Shown here piece by piece: positions 37,677 to 46,999 of a stretch of 64,000 bases of DNA. The stretch's first letter is position 1, and each line of letters begins with the position of its first letter. The notes beneath the pieces were generated by a model. It was given only the letters and a program-made list of their open reading frames with translations. It had not been told where the DNA came from and made no database searches. A program made the translations under genes and the position numbers. This stretch comes from Promethearchaeota archaeon (GTDB taxonomy: Archaea > Asgardarchaeota > Lokiarchaeia > Sigyniarchaeales > SOKP01), in NCBI GenBank assembly GCA_048938855.1, contig JBHLLT010000011.1:32001-96000 (forward strand), in the 5' to 3' direction.

Positions 37677-38678
37677 ATTTCAGAAAATGATCAAAATTCT
37701 ACTATAAAATATAACTTTAGTGAGTGGACAGTTAAAGATCTTAGAGAATTTGCTTCAAAAAATAATATAAAAATACCTTCTAAAGCCAAGAAAAAAGAAA
37801 TAATTGATTTCCTTCAAGAGGTTGTATCACATCCAGAATTTACAGATAGATCACAAGATATTGAAGAAGTGGAGGAAGAACTAATTGCTGGATTTGAAGA
37901 TGAAGAAGATCTTGCCTTATTGAGGAAAGAAAAGCTCGAACTAAAATTCTGGCAAAAGCCACCTTTTTCAAGCTTATTAGATTCGGAAATTGCAAAAGAA
38001 TCAGAAATTGCGTTTTATGATTTGGCAAAATTAGTTGATGAATTCTTCGATCAGATGTTACATGAAGAATTGATAAATTATAAAATCTCGGGTATAGCTC
38101 TTAAAACTTCAGCAGTATTGCATCATTATAAAATTTCAAGCATTATAAGGGAAGAGGAACAAATTCAGAAAAGAGAAGAACTAGAGCGTTTAAGACAAGC
38201 GCATGGTAGAACCATACCTAAAGCATTACCTCAACCAATTCAACCTAAAATGCAAATAGCCACCAAAGATGAATTATTTGATGCGATGAGATCTGCTATT
38301 ATAGAAGTAATGCAGAATAAAGAAAAATTAAGAAGAAGACGGATGAGAAAGGAGGAAATGAATCAACAAAGAATTCAAATGAAATCTAAAGCGCAACTTC
38401 CTAAAGAACTTCTTAAACATATAAGTGGAAGAGAACAAACAGTGGAAGAATTACATGAATCATGGTATAACCGAATTAAAGCTACGATTAATCTTAATAA
38501 TAAAGAAGCTTCTTTTTATGAATTGGCTGAGATTATTAAGAATGAAGAAAAAAGTGATATTGGAAGGAAATTTGCTTTTGTTCGTATGTTTCTAGCATTA
38601 ATGTTCTTATCAACAGGTAATAAATTAAATTTATCTCAAGATGAAGATTTTCAAGATTTTAGTGTTAATATTAGATAA
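37677..38678 (+). CDS. scpA: kleisin ScpA with N-terminal HeH/SAP/Rho-N-like domain
   Basis: NYKISGIAL..SA.L...K and FLALMFL...KLNLSQDEDF kleisin motifs; frame is open back to ATT 37677, 6 nt after SD GGTGA. Confidence 0.8.
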   Translation: MSENDQNSTIKYNFSEWTVKDLREFASKNNIKIPSKAKKKEIIDFLQEVVSHPEFTDRSQDIEEVEEELIAGFEDEEDLALLRKEKLELKFWQKPPFSSLLDSEIAKESEIAFYDLAKLVDEFFDQMLHEELINYKISGIALKTSAVLHHYKISSIIREEEQIQKREELERLRQAHGRTIPKALPQPIQPKMQIATKDELFDAMRSAIIEVMQNKEKLRRRRMRKEEMNQQRIQMKSKAQLPKELLKHISGREQTVEELHESWYNRIKATINLNNKEASFYELAEIIKNEEKSDIGRKFAFVRMFLALMFLSTGNKLNLSQDEDFQDFSVNIR

Positions 38679-38719
38679 AAACAAAATTTGAATAAATCAA
38701 CTGTAAAAAGGGTGATTAT

Positions 38720-39682
38720 TTGGAAGAAAATCATGAAAATAGCCTAGATGAAAAGCAAGAAGAAACCTCAGAAAATGAAGTTTTAGACGAAGAAGAAAAT
38801 GGAATACCCGAAGAGACAAGTTTAAGCTCTGAAAATTCCTTGATAGAAGATATTGAGGAAGTTGAGAATATTGAAAATACTAGTTCGATCGATATCACTT
38901 CAGAAAATGAAGTTTTAGACGAAGAAGAAAATGGAATACCCGAAGAGACAAGTTTAAGCTCTGAAAATTCCTTGATAGAAGATATTGAGGAAGTTGAGAA
39001 TATTGAAAATACTAATTCGATCGATATCACTTCAGAGACTGAAGTTTTAGACGAAAATTCATTAAAAAACCAACTAAGGATTTTCCATAGAAATTTAATT
39101 GAAGCTTCTTTATACGCCGCTGGAAGTCCCCTTACAATAGAAGAAATATCAACGAAATTGGAATTACCTAAGAAAGAAGTGGAAGAATTAGTAAATGAAG
39201 TAGCTTTTGATTACCTAGAACGTAATACTTCTCTCGTTATTGCACAAATTGGAGATAGATTTCAAATGCAAATTAGACCAGAATATACAGAAAAAGTCTC
39301 TAAATTTGCCAAAGGTGGTGCCATCGCAGAAAGATATTTGAGAACTTTAACAGTTATTGCTCTAAAACAACCTGTATTAAAATCACTGATTATTAAATTG
39401 AGAGGTACTGGTGCCTATGAACATGTAAAATATCTCTTAGATAATGGATTTATAAATGCTGTAAAAAAGGGAAGATCTCATGAATTAACCACTACTGATA
39501 AATATGCGGATATGTTTGGTTTACCAAAAGATAAGACTGAATTGAAACGGGCTATGATTACACAATTAGGAATTGAAGAAATTTCAACTAGTGAACCTCA
39601 AGAAGAAAATAACGTCCCTAATGATATAGAACCTTTAGATGAAACTGAATTTACACAAGAAAATGAAGAAGGAGAAGACTAA
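38720..39682 (+). CDS. scpB: segregation and condensation protein ScpB
   Basis: IEASLYAAG.PL, TL.VIA.KQP, RG...Y.HV, TTDKY..MFGL. Confidence 0.92.
   Translation: MEENHENSLDEKQEETSENEVLDEEENGIPEETSLSSENSLIEDIEEVENIENTSSIDITSENEVLDEEENGIPEETSLSSENSLIEDIEEVENIENTNSIDITSETEVLDENSLKNQLRIFHRNLIEASLYAAGSPLTIEEISTKLELPKKEVEELVNEVAFDYLERNTSLVIAQIGDRFQMQIRPEYTEKVSKFAKGGAIAERYLRTLTVIALKQPVLKSLIIKLRGTGAYEHVKYLLDNGFINAVKKGRSHELTTTDKYADMFGLPKDKTELKRAMITQLGIEEISTSEPQEENNVPNDIEPLDETEFTQENEEGED
38768..39055 (+). repeat. 132-bp in-frame tandem repeat (2 full copies plus 24-bp partial) in scpB
   Basis: Copies start at 38768, 38900 and 39032; the full copies differ by one base that I could see (AGT/AAT). Confidence 0.95.
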
Positions 39683-39698
39683 ATAGATTAAAAAAAAT

Positions 39699-42299
39699 TT
39701 ACTTAAAAATGTAAATCATAATATCCAGATCTTCAATATCTGCTTTTAAATCTGATTTTTCATTAATTTTTATTTCCTGAGATTTCTCAATTATTTCTAA
39801 ATCATCGATTCTTAGTGTATTTTTAATATCCTCTTTTAGGGTATCAATTTTTTTCAATATATCTCTATCTGAGATTAAAATGACTTTTCTAATATTTTGG
39901 TTTAAAGGTATTTGAAGCTTCGATTTTTGCATCCTTAGATTTTTAATCATTTCAATCATTAATTTTCCATTATTAGCAGAATCTTCTGAGATTTTCTCAT
40001 AGTTCGATGGCCATTTCTCTAAATGAACAGACTTCAGATTTTTAAATTGTTTATAGAGAATTGAGTAAATTTCTTCGGAAATATATGGCATTATGACCGA
40101 AAAGGTAGTTAATAATTTATAAAAAAGGTTTAATATATTTTTTAAGGAACTTGTTCTTGTATCTTCATCATCAGAGTAGAATTTATGCTTTATAGCTTCA
40201 ACATAATTATCACAAATATCATTCCAAAAAAATGTACGTAAAATCATAACAGCTTCATGCCAATTATATTCATCAAAATACTTCGAAACAAGATCCAATT
40301 TTTTATTAAATTCAGAAAAGAAGTAACTTTCAATAGGTGAAATTTGATTTAGATTCACATCAAGGTTATCAATCTTAATTTTATTCAGGTTCAAAAATAA
40401 AAATCTATAAGCGTTCCAAATTTTTGTTAAAAATCTTGAAGCGCCTATTAATTGTTCATAAATTCTCCTATATTTTTTTTTAAATTTATCTTTTGGAAGT
40501 TTCTTCATCTCCTGCAATATAAATTCATTTGAAACAGCTTGTTTGGTTTGTAAGTCTATCCAAGTAAACTCAAATGGATAATCATCTCCCAAAGAACCCA
40601 TCGCAGTCCAATAACGGATTGCATCTGAACCAAATTCTGGCATCACTTCTTCTGGTGCAATATAATTCCCGAGACTCTTTGACATATGTCTTCCATCAGG
40701 GCCAGCAACCATTCCATTTATCATTGCTTCATAAAATGGTGGTTTACCCGTTAATATTTTACATCGGAATAATGTGTAAAATAACCAAGTTCTGATTATT
40801 TCATAGCCTTGAGAACGGTGAACTTTTGCATCCATATAAGCTCTTTTAAAGAATTCTTCATCTTCTGTCCATTTTGAAATTTCTAAAGGTGTAAGGCTAG
40901 AATCAATCCAACAATCACACACATCTTTTTCACCGACAATGTTTTTACTTTTACATTTTGCACATTGCTTAATTGGTGGAGATTTTTCAACTGGATTTAA
41001 TGGTAGTTCCTCTCTATTAGGCGGAATAATCTCACCACAATCCAAGCAATACCAAAATGGAATAGGTGTCCCAAATAGACGCTGACGTGAAATAACCCAA
41101 TTCCAATCTAATCCTTCTGCCCAATCTATTAATCGTTGTTTTTGTTTTTCGGGGTACCATTTCATAATTTCTCCAGACTCAATTATTTCCTTTGTAAATT
41201 CCTTCACATTTATAAACCATTGATAAACGGGGAGGTATTCTATTGGTTTACTACAAGATGATCGTTCAGAATGAATTATTAAGTTATGCACATAATCCTC
41301 AATTTTTACAATTAATCCTTTTTTATCAAGGTCTTTAACAATTTGTTCTCGTGCTTCTAAAATTGTTAATCCTTGATATACAGAATTTTCATTCATATGA
41401 CCATCTTCAGTAAAAATTTGAATCTCATCCAAATCATACTCAAATTTCCATTTGATATCCATTTCATCTCCATATGTACAAACATAAACAACACCTGTTC
41501 CAAAATTCATATCAATTGAGGGATCCATATAAACACGAACGGTTCTATTAGTAAACGGTATTTCAATCTTGGCAGCAGAAATGTCAAAATACCGTTCGTC
41601 ATTAGGGTGAACCATGATTGCAACACATGCCTCCATATATTCAGGACGAGTTGTAGCTATAGTGATAAACTCATTTTCTCTATCTGCAATTGGTAGTTTT
41701 ATATACCACAATTTTCCTTGTTCTTCTTGATACCCTACTTCTGCTTTTGCTACAGATGTTTCACAATTTACGCAAAAATGCGTTGGAAATTTATCTCTAT
41801 AAAGCATACCCTTCTCATAAAATTCTAAGAGTGAAATTTGGACTTTTCGTTTGTAATCATCATTCATCGTTCTGTATGTATATTCCCAATCAGTTGAATA
41901 TCCTAAATCATCTAATTGCTTTGTCATATTCCCTATATTGTTTTCTACCCATTCTCTGCACTTATCTAGAAAATTATCTCGATCATCTTTAGAGATTCCA
42001 TAATTTTTTGCAACTGCTAACTCAACAGGTAATCCATGACAATCCCATCCCTGAGGAAAATATACATTTTGACCTTTCATTCGACGATATCTTGCCACAA
42101 AATCAATCCAAGCATAATTTAAGTACTGTCCAATATGCAATACTCCACTTACAAAGGGAGGTGGTGTATCAATTGTAAACATTTCATCTTTTCGGTCTTT
42201 ATCAAATTTATAAATTTTATTTTCGTCCCAATATTTTATCCACTTCTCTTGAACTGTTTTGAAATTGTATCTTTTTGGGTAGTTTGTTTCTTGTGCCAT
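39699..42299 (-). CDS. valS: valine--tRNA ligase (archaeal type)
   Basis: IDTPPP, HIGQ (HIGH variant), GWDCHGLP, ATTRPE, W.ISRQR.FG.PIP, HMSKS. Confidence 0.95.
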   Translation of the reverse strand: MAQETNYPKRYNFKTVQEKWIKYWDENKIYKFDKDRKDEMFTIDTPPPFVSGVLHIGQYLNYAWIDFVARYRRMKGQNVYFPQGWDCHGLPVELAVAKNYGISKDDRDNFLDKCREWVENNIGNMTKQLDDLGYSTDWEYTYRTMNDDYKRKVQISLLEFYEKGMLYRDKFPTHFCVNCETSVAKAEVGYQEEQGKLWYIKLPIADRENEFITIATTRPEYMEACVAIMVHPNDERYFDISAAKIEIPFTNRTVRVYMDPSIDMNFGTGVVYVCTYGDEMDIKWKFEYDLDEIQIFTEDGHMNENSVYQGLTILEAREQIVKDLDKKGLIVKIEDYVHNLIIHSERSSCSKPIEYLPVYQWFINVKEFTKEIIESGEIMKWYPEKQKQRLIDWAEGLDWNWVISRQRLFGTPIPFWYCLDCGEIIPPNREELPLNPVEKSPPIKQCAKCKSKNIVGEKDVCDCWIDSSLTPLEISKWTEDEEFFKRAYMDAKVHRSQGYEIIRTWLFYTLFRCKILTGKPPFYEAMINGMVAGPDGRHMSKSLGNYIAPEEVMPEFGSDAIRYWTAMGSLGDDYPFEFTWIDLQTKQAVSNEFILQEMKKLPKDKFKKKYRRIYEQLIGASRFLTKIWNAYRFLFLNLNKIKIDNLDVNLNQISPIESYFFSEFNKKLDLVSKYFDEYNWHEAVMILRTFFWNDICDNYVEAIKHKFYSDDEDTRTSSLKNILNLFYKLLTTFSVIMPYISEEIYSILYKQFKNLKSVHLEKWPSNYEKISEDSANNGKLMIEMIKNLRMQKSKLQIPLNQNIRKVILISDRDILKKIDTLKEDIKNTLRIDDLEIIEKSQEIKINEKSDLKADIEDLDIMIYIFK

Positions 42300-42331
42300 T
42301 TAAACTCCTTTTTAGAATTGTATTTTTAGAA

Positions 42332-42433
42332 TGGACCTGACGGGAATTGAACCCGTGACCTCTTGAATGCGAATCTTGGAACTAAGCTTTCTGCTTAATA
42401 AGATCAAGCGATCTTCCACTGATCTACAGGCCC
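42332..42433 (-). tRNA. tRNA-Ala(CGC) with a 30-nt intron at about position 32/33 (42373-42402)
   Basis: Acceptor GGGCCTG/CAGGTCC with G3:U70, T-arm GGTTCAATTCC, anticodon arm CTTGA-TTCGCAT-TCAAG after intron removal; 72-nt mature length. Confidence 0.92.
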
Positions 42434-42569
42434 AAACTTATTTTTTATTTTTTAATATTCTAAAAAATAGAATACCTAAAATTCTTTATGATTTGGGATT
42501 ATTCATGGATTTTAAAAAAATTTTTGTCAAATATTAATAAATTAGATATTTGATATAATAAGATTTGAC

Positions 42570-44948
42570 TTAGAACTCTGTTCGAGCAATTATATCATCT
42601 TGAGCACTTTTCGATAATTCGTTAAAAAGAACAGGATACCCCGCTATTCTTACAACTAAATTCGGATAATTTTTAGGGTTATTTTGAGCATCACATAGAG
42701 TATTCCTTCCAATTACATTAAATTGAATATGATAACCTCCATTTTCAACGAAAAAACTCCTGATTAGTGGCAAGAAAAGCTCAGATCTCATTGTTTTTGG
42801 ATGAAAATTTAATAATGTTGAGTTACCATTTGTCATTAACTCATTTTCTAATTTCATTATTGAATTTAGGATTGCTGTAGGACCAGATTTTTCCCTTCCG
42901 ACGGTTGGTCCAACTCCATTTGAGAGAGGTTCTCTTGATTTCCTACCATCAGCTGTAGCAGCAGTAAACACTCCAAGAGCCAGATGAAATGATGTGGAAT
43001 ATATCCCTGGATTATAGGTGCCTCCACGATAATTTTTATATTTAATTAGTTCTTCACAAAATAATTTTGCAACTTCAGATGCAATTTTATCAACATAATC
43101 ATTATCATTGCCAAATTTAGGAACTTTGTTAATAAACAACTGTCTCCATTCTTCTCCCTTTTTACCTCGATATGTTCCTCGATAATTTTTTGATAACATT
43201 TGGGTTATTTCTTCATAGGAAAGAAGTTTTTCCTCAAACACTATTTTTTTAATTACTGCTAAACTATCAGCAACAGTAGCTAATCCAATTAATTGCGTTG
43301 TTGTGAAATCATAAATAGCACCTCCTTTTGTAATATCAATTCCCTTTGCAATACAATCATCTATTGTTGCAGATAAAAAGGGCTGAGGGGTAAGCTCTGC
43401 TGTTGCTTGTTCTAAAAACCTCATTGTCTCAACTAAATTTTTTATAAAATATCTAAGTTGGTTTGCTAATTCATTCCATAAATCTTCATAGGTGGTGACT
43501 TTTTTTGAATTCTCAATTCCGTATTTCTTTTTTGTAAACATGTCAGTTCCATTATTTAGCGTTAATTCAAGACATTTTACAATATTTAACTGAGATGCAT
43601 TTGTGCATCCATACGACTTGTATGGGTGCCCTGGTTCCACACAACCTATCGGAGCATATTCTTTTGAATCTTCAAGCGAATAACCAATATTATTTAACCC
43701 TGGAATCATAACTAAATCATTGAATAAGGCAATGCTAGTACCCTCTTTAATTGCTTCTCCTGCCTTTATAATTAAATCATCTGGTGTGTTATTATTAATT
43801 CGGATAGAAAATGCGGGTTGAATTGTTTTTAACTGATAATAAGAATCTAAAAATAGATATGACAATTCATTTGTTACATCTTTACCGTATCTATCAGTTC
43901 CACCTATAGTTAGATTTATCGCAATTGGAGGACCCTCTCCCGCAACTATTCCTTTATGGAGAACATAATTCCATAATGTTGATAGTTTAAGATAAAAGCA
44001 TTGAATGAGAAATTGTACTTCTTCGTCAGAAATTTCTCCACTTTTTTTGTCATTACAATAATAGGGATATAAGATTTGATCGAGTCTACCAATACTTATA
44101 GCAAATCCACCATCTTCTAAACCAGAAACTAATCGAGTAAAATATATTAATTGTAGTGCTTCTTTAAATGTTTTTGGAGCATTACCTGATATATTGGAAC
44201 AAATTTGAGATATTTCATTTAGTTCCCTTTTCCTTCTGGGATTTGTTTCACTTACTTCCATTTTTTTCGCTAAGTCAGCAAATCTATTGATAAATCTATT
44301 TACACCATTTAGAACAATGAGAATAGAATTTAGGAAATTCTGTTTGTTTTTATCGTTAGAAACCTCCTCCAGTTTAATTTGAGTTTTATAAATCAAACCA
44401 TTAAACCCCTCTTTAAGAACATTTTCATATCCCGGGAAAAAATGACCCACTCCATTAGTTAGGTTTACATCTACAATATATGGCAAATTTAACATTAGAT
44501 CATATAATTCAGGGCTTAAATATGAATCAAATTTAGATTTTACAGTCTCTTCCTGAGTTTTCCAAAATGGAATAATTTTATTCTTAATAATTTCCTTATC
44601 TTGTTCAGATAACAGAAATTTCTGAACTTCTCGTGTACTATAAAGATCTAAATCTAAATCTATCGTATCTATTCGAACTTCAGGGTATAACGGTGTTCCA
44701 ACTAATTTAGTACACTGGTTTCCAACTATAAACTCATCTTCCCAGATTTTTATTGTCATATTTGACAATAAATTATCTAGAGCTTTCGCAAATCGAATAT
44801 TAGAAGGTTCCCCTTTTGTTTTTTTATAAGATTCCGTAAAAAGTTTTGCTCTTTCGATACAGATTTCATGAGGTTGAAGGATCACTCTATCCTTCATATC
44901 TAAAATTTTATCTTTATAATTGGAATAAGAAGTGCTTTCTAATTGCAT
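42570..44948 (-). CDS. glycyl radical enzyme (PFL2/glycerol dehydratase-like family)
   Basis: SIGRLDQ.LYP, Cys loop GCVEP, Gly loop VRIAGY, IIART. Confidence 0.92.
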   Translation of the reverse strand: MQLESTSYSNYKDKILDMKDRVILQPHEICIERAKLFTESYKKTKGEPSNIRFAKALDNLLSNMTIKIWEDEFIVGNQCTKLVGTPLYPEVRIDTIDLDLDLYSTREVQKFLLSEQDKEIIKNKIIPFWKTQEETVKSKFDSYLSPELYDLMLNLPYIVDVNLTNGVGHFFPGYENVLKEGFNGLIYKTQIKLEEVSNDKNKQNFLNSILIVLNGVNRFINRFADLAKKMEVSETNPRRKRELNEISQICSNISGNAPKTFKEALQLIYFTRLVSGLEDGGFAISIGRLDQILYPYYCNDKKSGEISDEEVQFLIQCFYLKLSTLWNYVLHKGIVAGEGPPIAINLTIGGTDRYGKDVTNELSYLFLDSYYQLKTIQPAFSIRINNNTPDDLIIKAGEAIKEGTSIALFNDLVMIPGLNNIGYSLEDSKEYAPIGCVEPGHPYKSYGCTNASQLNIVKCLELTLNNGTDMFTKKKYGIENSKKVTTYEDLWNELANQLRYFIKNLVETMRFLEQATAELTPQPFLSATIDDCIAKGIDITKGGAIYDFTTTQLIGLATVADSLAVIKKIVFEEKLLSYEEITQMLSKNYRGTYRGKKGEEWRQLFINKVPKFGNDNDYVDKIASEVAKLFCEELIKYKNYRGGTYNPGIYSTSFHLALGVFTAATADGRKSREPLSNGVGPTVGREKSGPTAILNSIMKLENELMTNGNSTLLNFHPKTMRSELFLPLIRSFFVENGGYHIQFNVIGRNTLCDAQNNPKNYPNLVVRIAGYPVLFNELSKSAQDDIIARTEF

Positions 44949-45055
44949 TTATATCCCTTATTATCGTCAATTTTTAGTCTAATTAACAATATAAATGGTT
45001 TAAGTAATAAATGTTTTTATAATATTTTTTTATAGAATTTTAGTAATGGGAGGAT

Positions 45056-45892
45056 TTAAACATACTTCATCAAATCGTTTTTATTCCTGGGAGAAAATAA
45101 TAAATTTTCTTTTTCTATAGCTTTAAACCTTTTAATAGCAATGTCCAAATATTCCTTATTAAAATCAATTCCAATAAAATTTCGATTTAAAATACTAGAC
45201 ACTATTCCTGTTGTACCAGATCCTACAAAAGGATCCAGTACCCAATCACCTTCATTTGAAGAAGATGAAATTATTCGATTTAATAATTCTAGTGGTTTTT
45301 GAGTGGGATGTTTACCAAATTCTTTCTCATTCTTAGGTAATAAAGGAATGGACCAAACACTTCTCATTTGCTTATCCTTATTTTTCAATTTATCTTTTGG
45401 GTTATTCCAAAATTTCATTTTTTCATAATTAAAAGTATGATCAGAATTCTTAGATTTGCGTGCCCATAATACTATTTCATGGCTATGGGTAAAATATTTA
45501 CATGATAAATTGGGAGGAGCGTTTGGTTTATACATAACTATATCATTAATAATATCATAACCGTTTTTTTCTAGGAGATAACCAACTTTATAGATTATGT
45601 GTAGTGTTCCGGATATCCATATACTACCATTGCTATTTAACACTCTTCTACACGATTTTAACCAAGTATCTGTAAAATTAATATCCTCTTCGAAACCTTG
45701 TGATTTATCCCATTCTCCTTTATTAACAGAAACCATCTTGCCCGAACTACATGTTATCCCATTATTTGATAAAAAGTAAGGAGGATCAGCATAGATTAAA
45801 TCAAATTTATTACTTTCAAATTGATCTAGGATATTTAAAGCATCTCCATGATATAAAATGAAATTTTTCTCTTCAAAATAAGGATCTATCAT
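45056..45892 (-). CDS. orphan N6/N4 DNA methyltransferase, beta class (DpnA/M2.DpnII-like)
   Basis: ADPPYFLSN.G, VNKGEWD, HPTQKP, LDPFVGSGTT. Confidence 0.9.
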   Translation of the reverse strand: MIDPYFEEKNFILYHGDALNILDQFESNKFDLIYADPPYFLSNNGITCSSGKMVSVNKGEWDKSQGFEEDINFTDTWLKSCRRVLNSNGSIWISGTLHIIYKVGYLLEKNGYDIINDIVMYKPNAPPNLSCKYFTHSHEIVLWARKSKNSDHTFNYEKMKFWNNPKDKLKNKDKQMRSVWSIPLLPKNEKEFGKHPTQKPLELLNRIISSSSNEGDWVLDPFVGSGTTGIVSSILNRNFIGIDFNKEYLDIAIKRFKAIEKENLLFSPRNKNDLMKYV

Positions 45893-46053
45893 ATTAAACT
45901 AATTTTCACTAAGAAATAATCCAAAATTCATTCAAGCAAGTTAAGAAAATATAATGTCTTTTAATTATTAACTTTAAAGTTTAATATTAACAAACACTTA
46001 ATATTCATGTAAGGAAAACGTTAATTTATTTATATCACGTTGGAGATTTAACC

Positions 46054-46995
46054 ATGATAAATAAACAAAGATTCGAAGAATTATTTAATCAACATGTAAT
46101 TAAAGATATTTCTGAAGAACAAATTGACATTGTACTTTCAGGACAATATGGTAAAGCCTTGGAACTATTAAGAGATGCAGAATCGACCGGATTGTTTCCG
46201 GCGCTTGTAGGGCCTCCCGGGGTTGGAAAAACAATTTTGTGTAGGTATTTTGCTAGTTTAAGAGCGAAGGAGAATAAAAACAAAAATTTTCATTGGTTGA
46301 CTATGGATGAGAGTATAAAACCTTCACATTTCATTGGTTCCTTTGATCCGGCAATTACATTGAAGAAAGGATTTGTATTGGAAGCTTTTAATCCTGGGCC
46401 ATTATTAAATGCTATGCTTGAAGGAGGTACTTTCCTAGCTAATGAAATTAATAGAGCTACAGAATATTCTCAAAATACTTTATTAGAACCTTTAGAAGAA
46501 GCATCTATAGGAATTCCTCACCTAGGAAGAATAAAGGCGGATAGCGATTTCTTTTTTATATGTGCGATGAATCCAGAAGAATTATCTGGGACTCATCGGT
46601 TATCTGAAGCTTTAAAAGATAGAATAAAGGTCTGGATTAAATTAACTTACCCAGATAAATCAACAGAATTAGATATAATAAGGATTAATTTACCTGAACA
46701 TTTTATTATTGAAGAATCAGAATTAGAATTAATATATTCGATCATTAAAGAAACTAGACATAACAAAATTGATATTGAAATCCCTGCTTCAATTAGAGCA
46801 GGAATAGCAATTGCAAAACTACTAGCAAGGAGAAGAATGATAGAAAAAGAAAAACAACTTAAGGAAAAAGAATCTGTATATATTTATCTATCTGATATTG
46901 CTCGTCACGTTTTACTTGGAAGTTTAAAACCAAAACCTGGCGTAAAAGTCGAAAACGTAATAGAAAACATTATTCATAAGACTTTAGGAGGGTAA
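46054..46995 (+). CDS. MoxR-family AAA+ ATPase
   Basis: GPPGVGKT, NEINR, AMNP, LSEALKDR, SIRAG. Confidence 0.9.
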   Translation: MINKQRFEELFNQHVIKDISEEQIDIVLSGQYGKALELLRDAESTGLFPALVGPPGVGKTILCRYFASLRAKENKNKNFHWLTMDESIKPSHFIGSFDPAITLKKGFVLEAFNPGPLLNAMLEGGTFLANEINRATEYSQNTLLEPLEEASIGIPHLGRIKADSDFFFICAMNPEELSGTHRLSEALKDRIKVWIKLTYPDKSTELDIIRINLPEHFIIEESELELIYSIIKETRHNKIDIEIPASIRAGIAIAKLLARRRMIEKEKQLKEKESVYIYLSDIARHVLLGSLKPKPGVKVENVIENIIHKTLGG

Positions 46996-46999
46996 TTGA

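Noticed and set aside
39699-42299. ValRS HIGQ and HMSKS deviations from HIGH/KMSKS suggesting inactivity
   Set aside because: All other motifs are intact, and such variants occur in functional class I synthetases.
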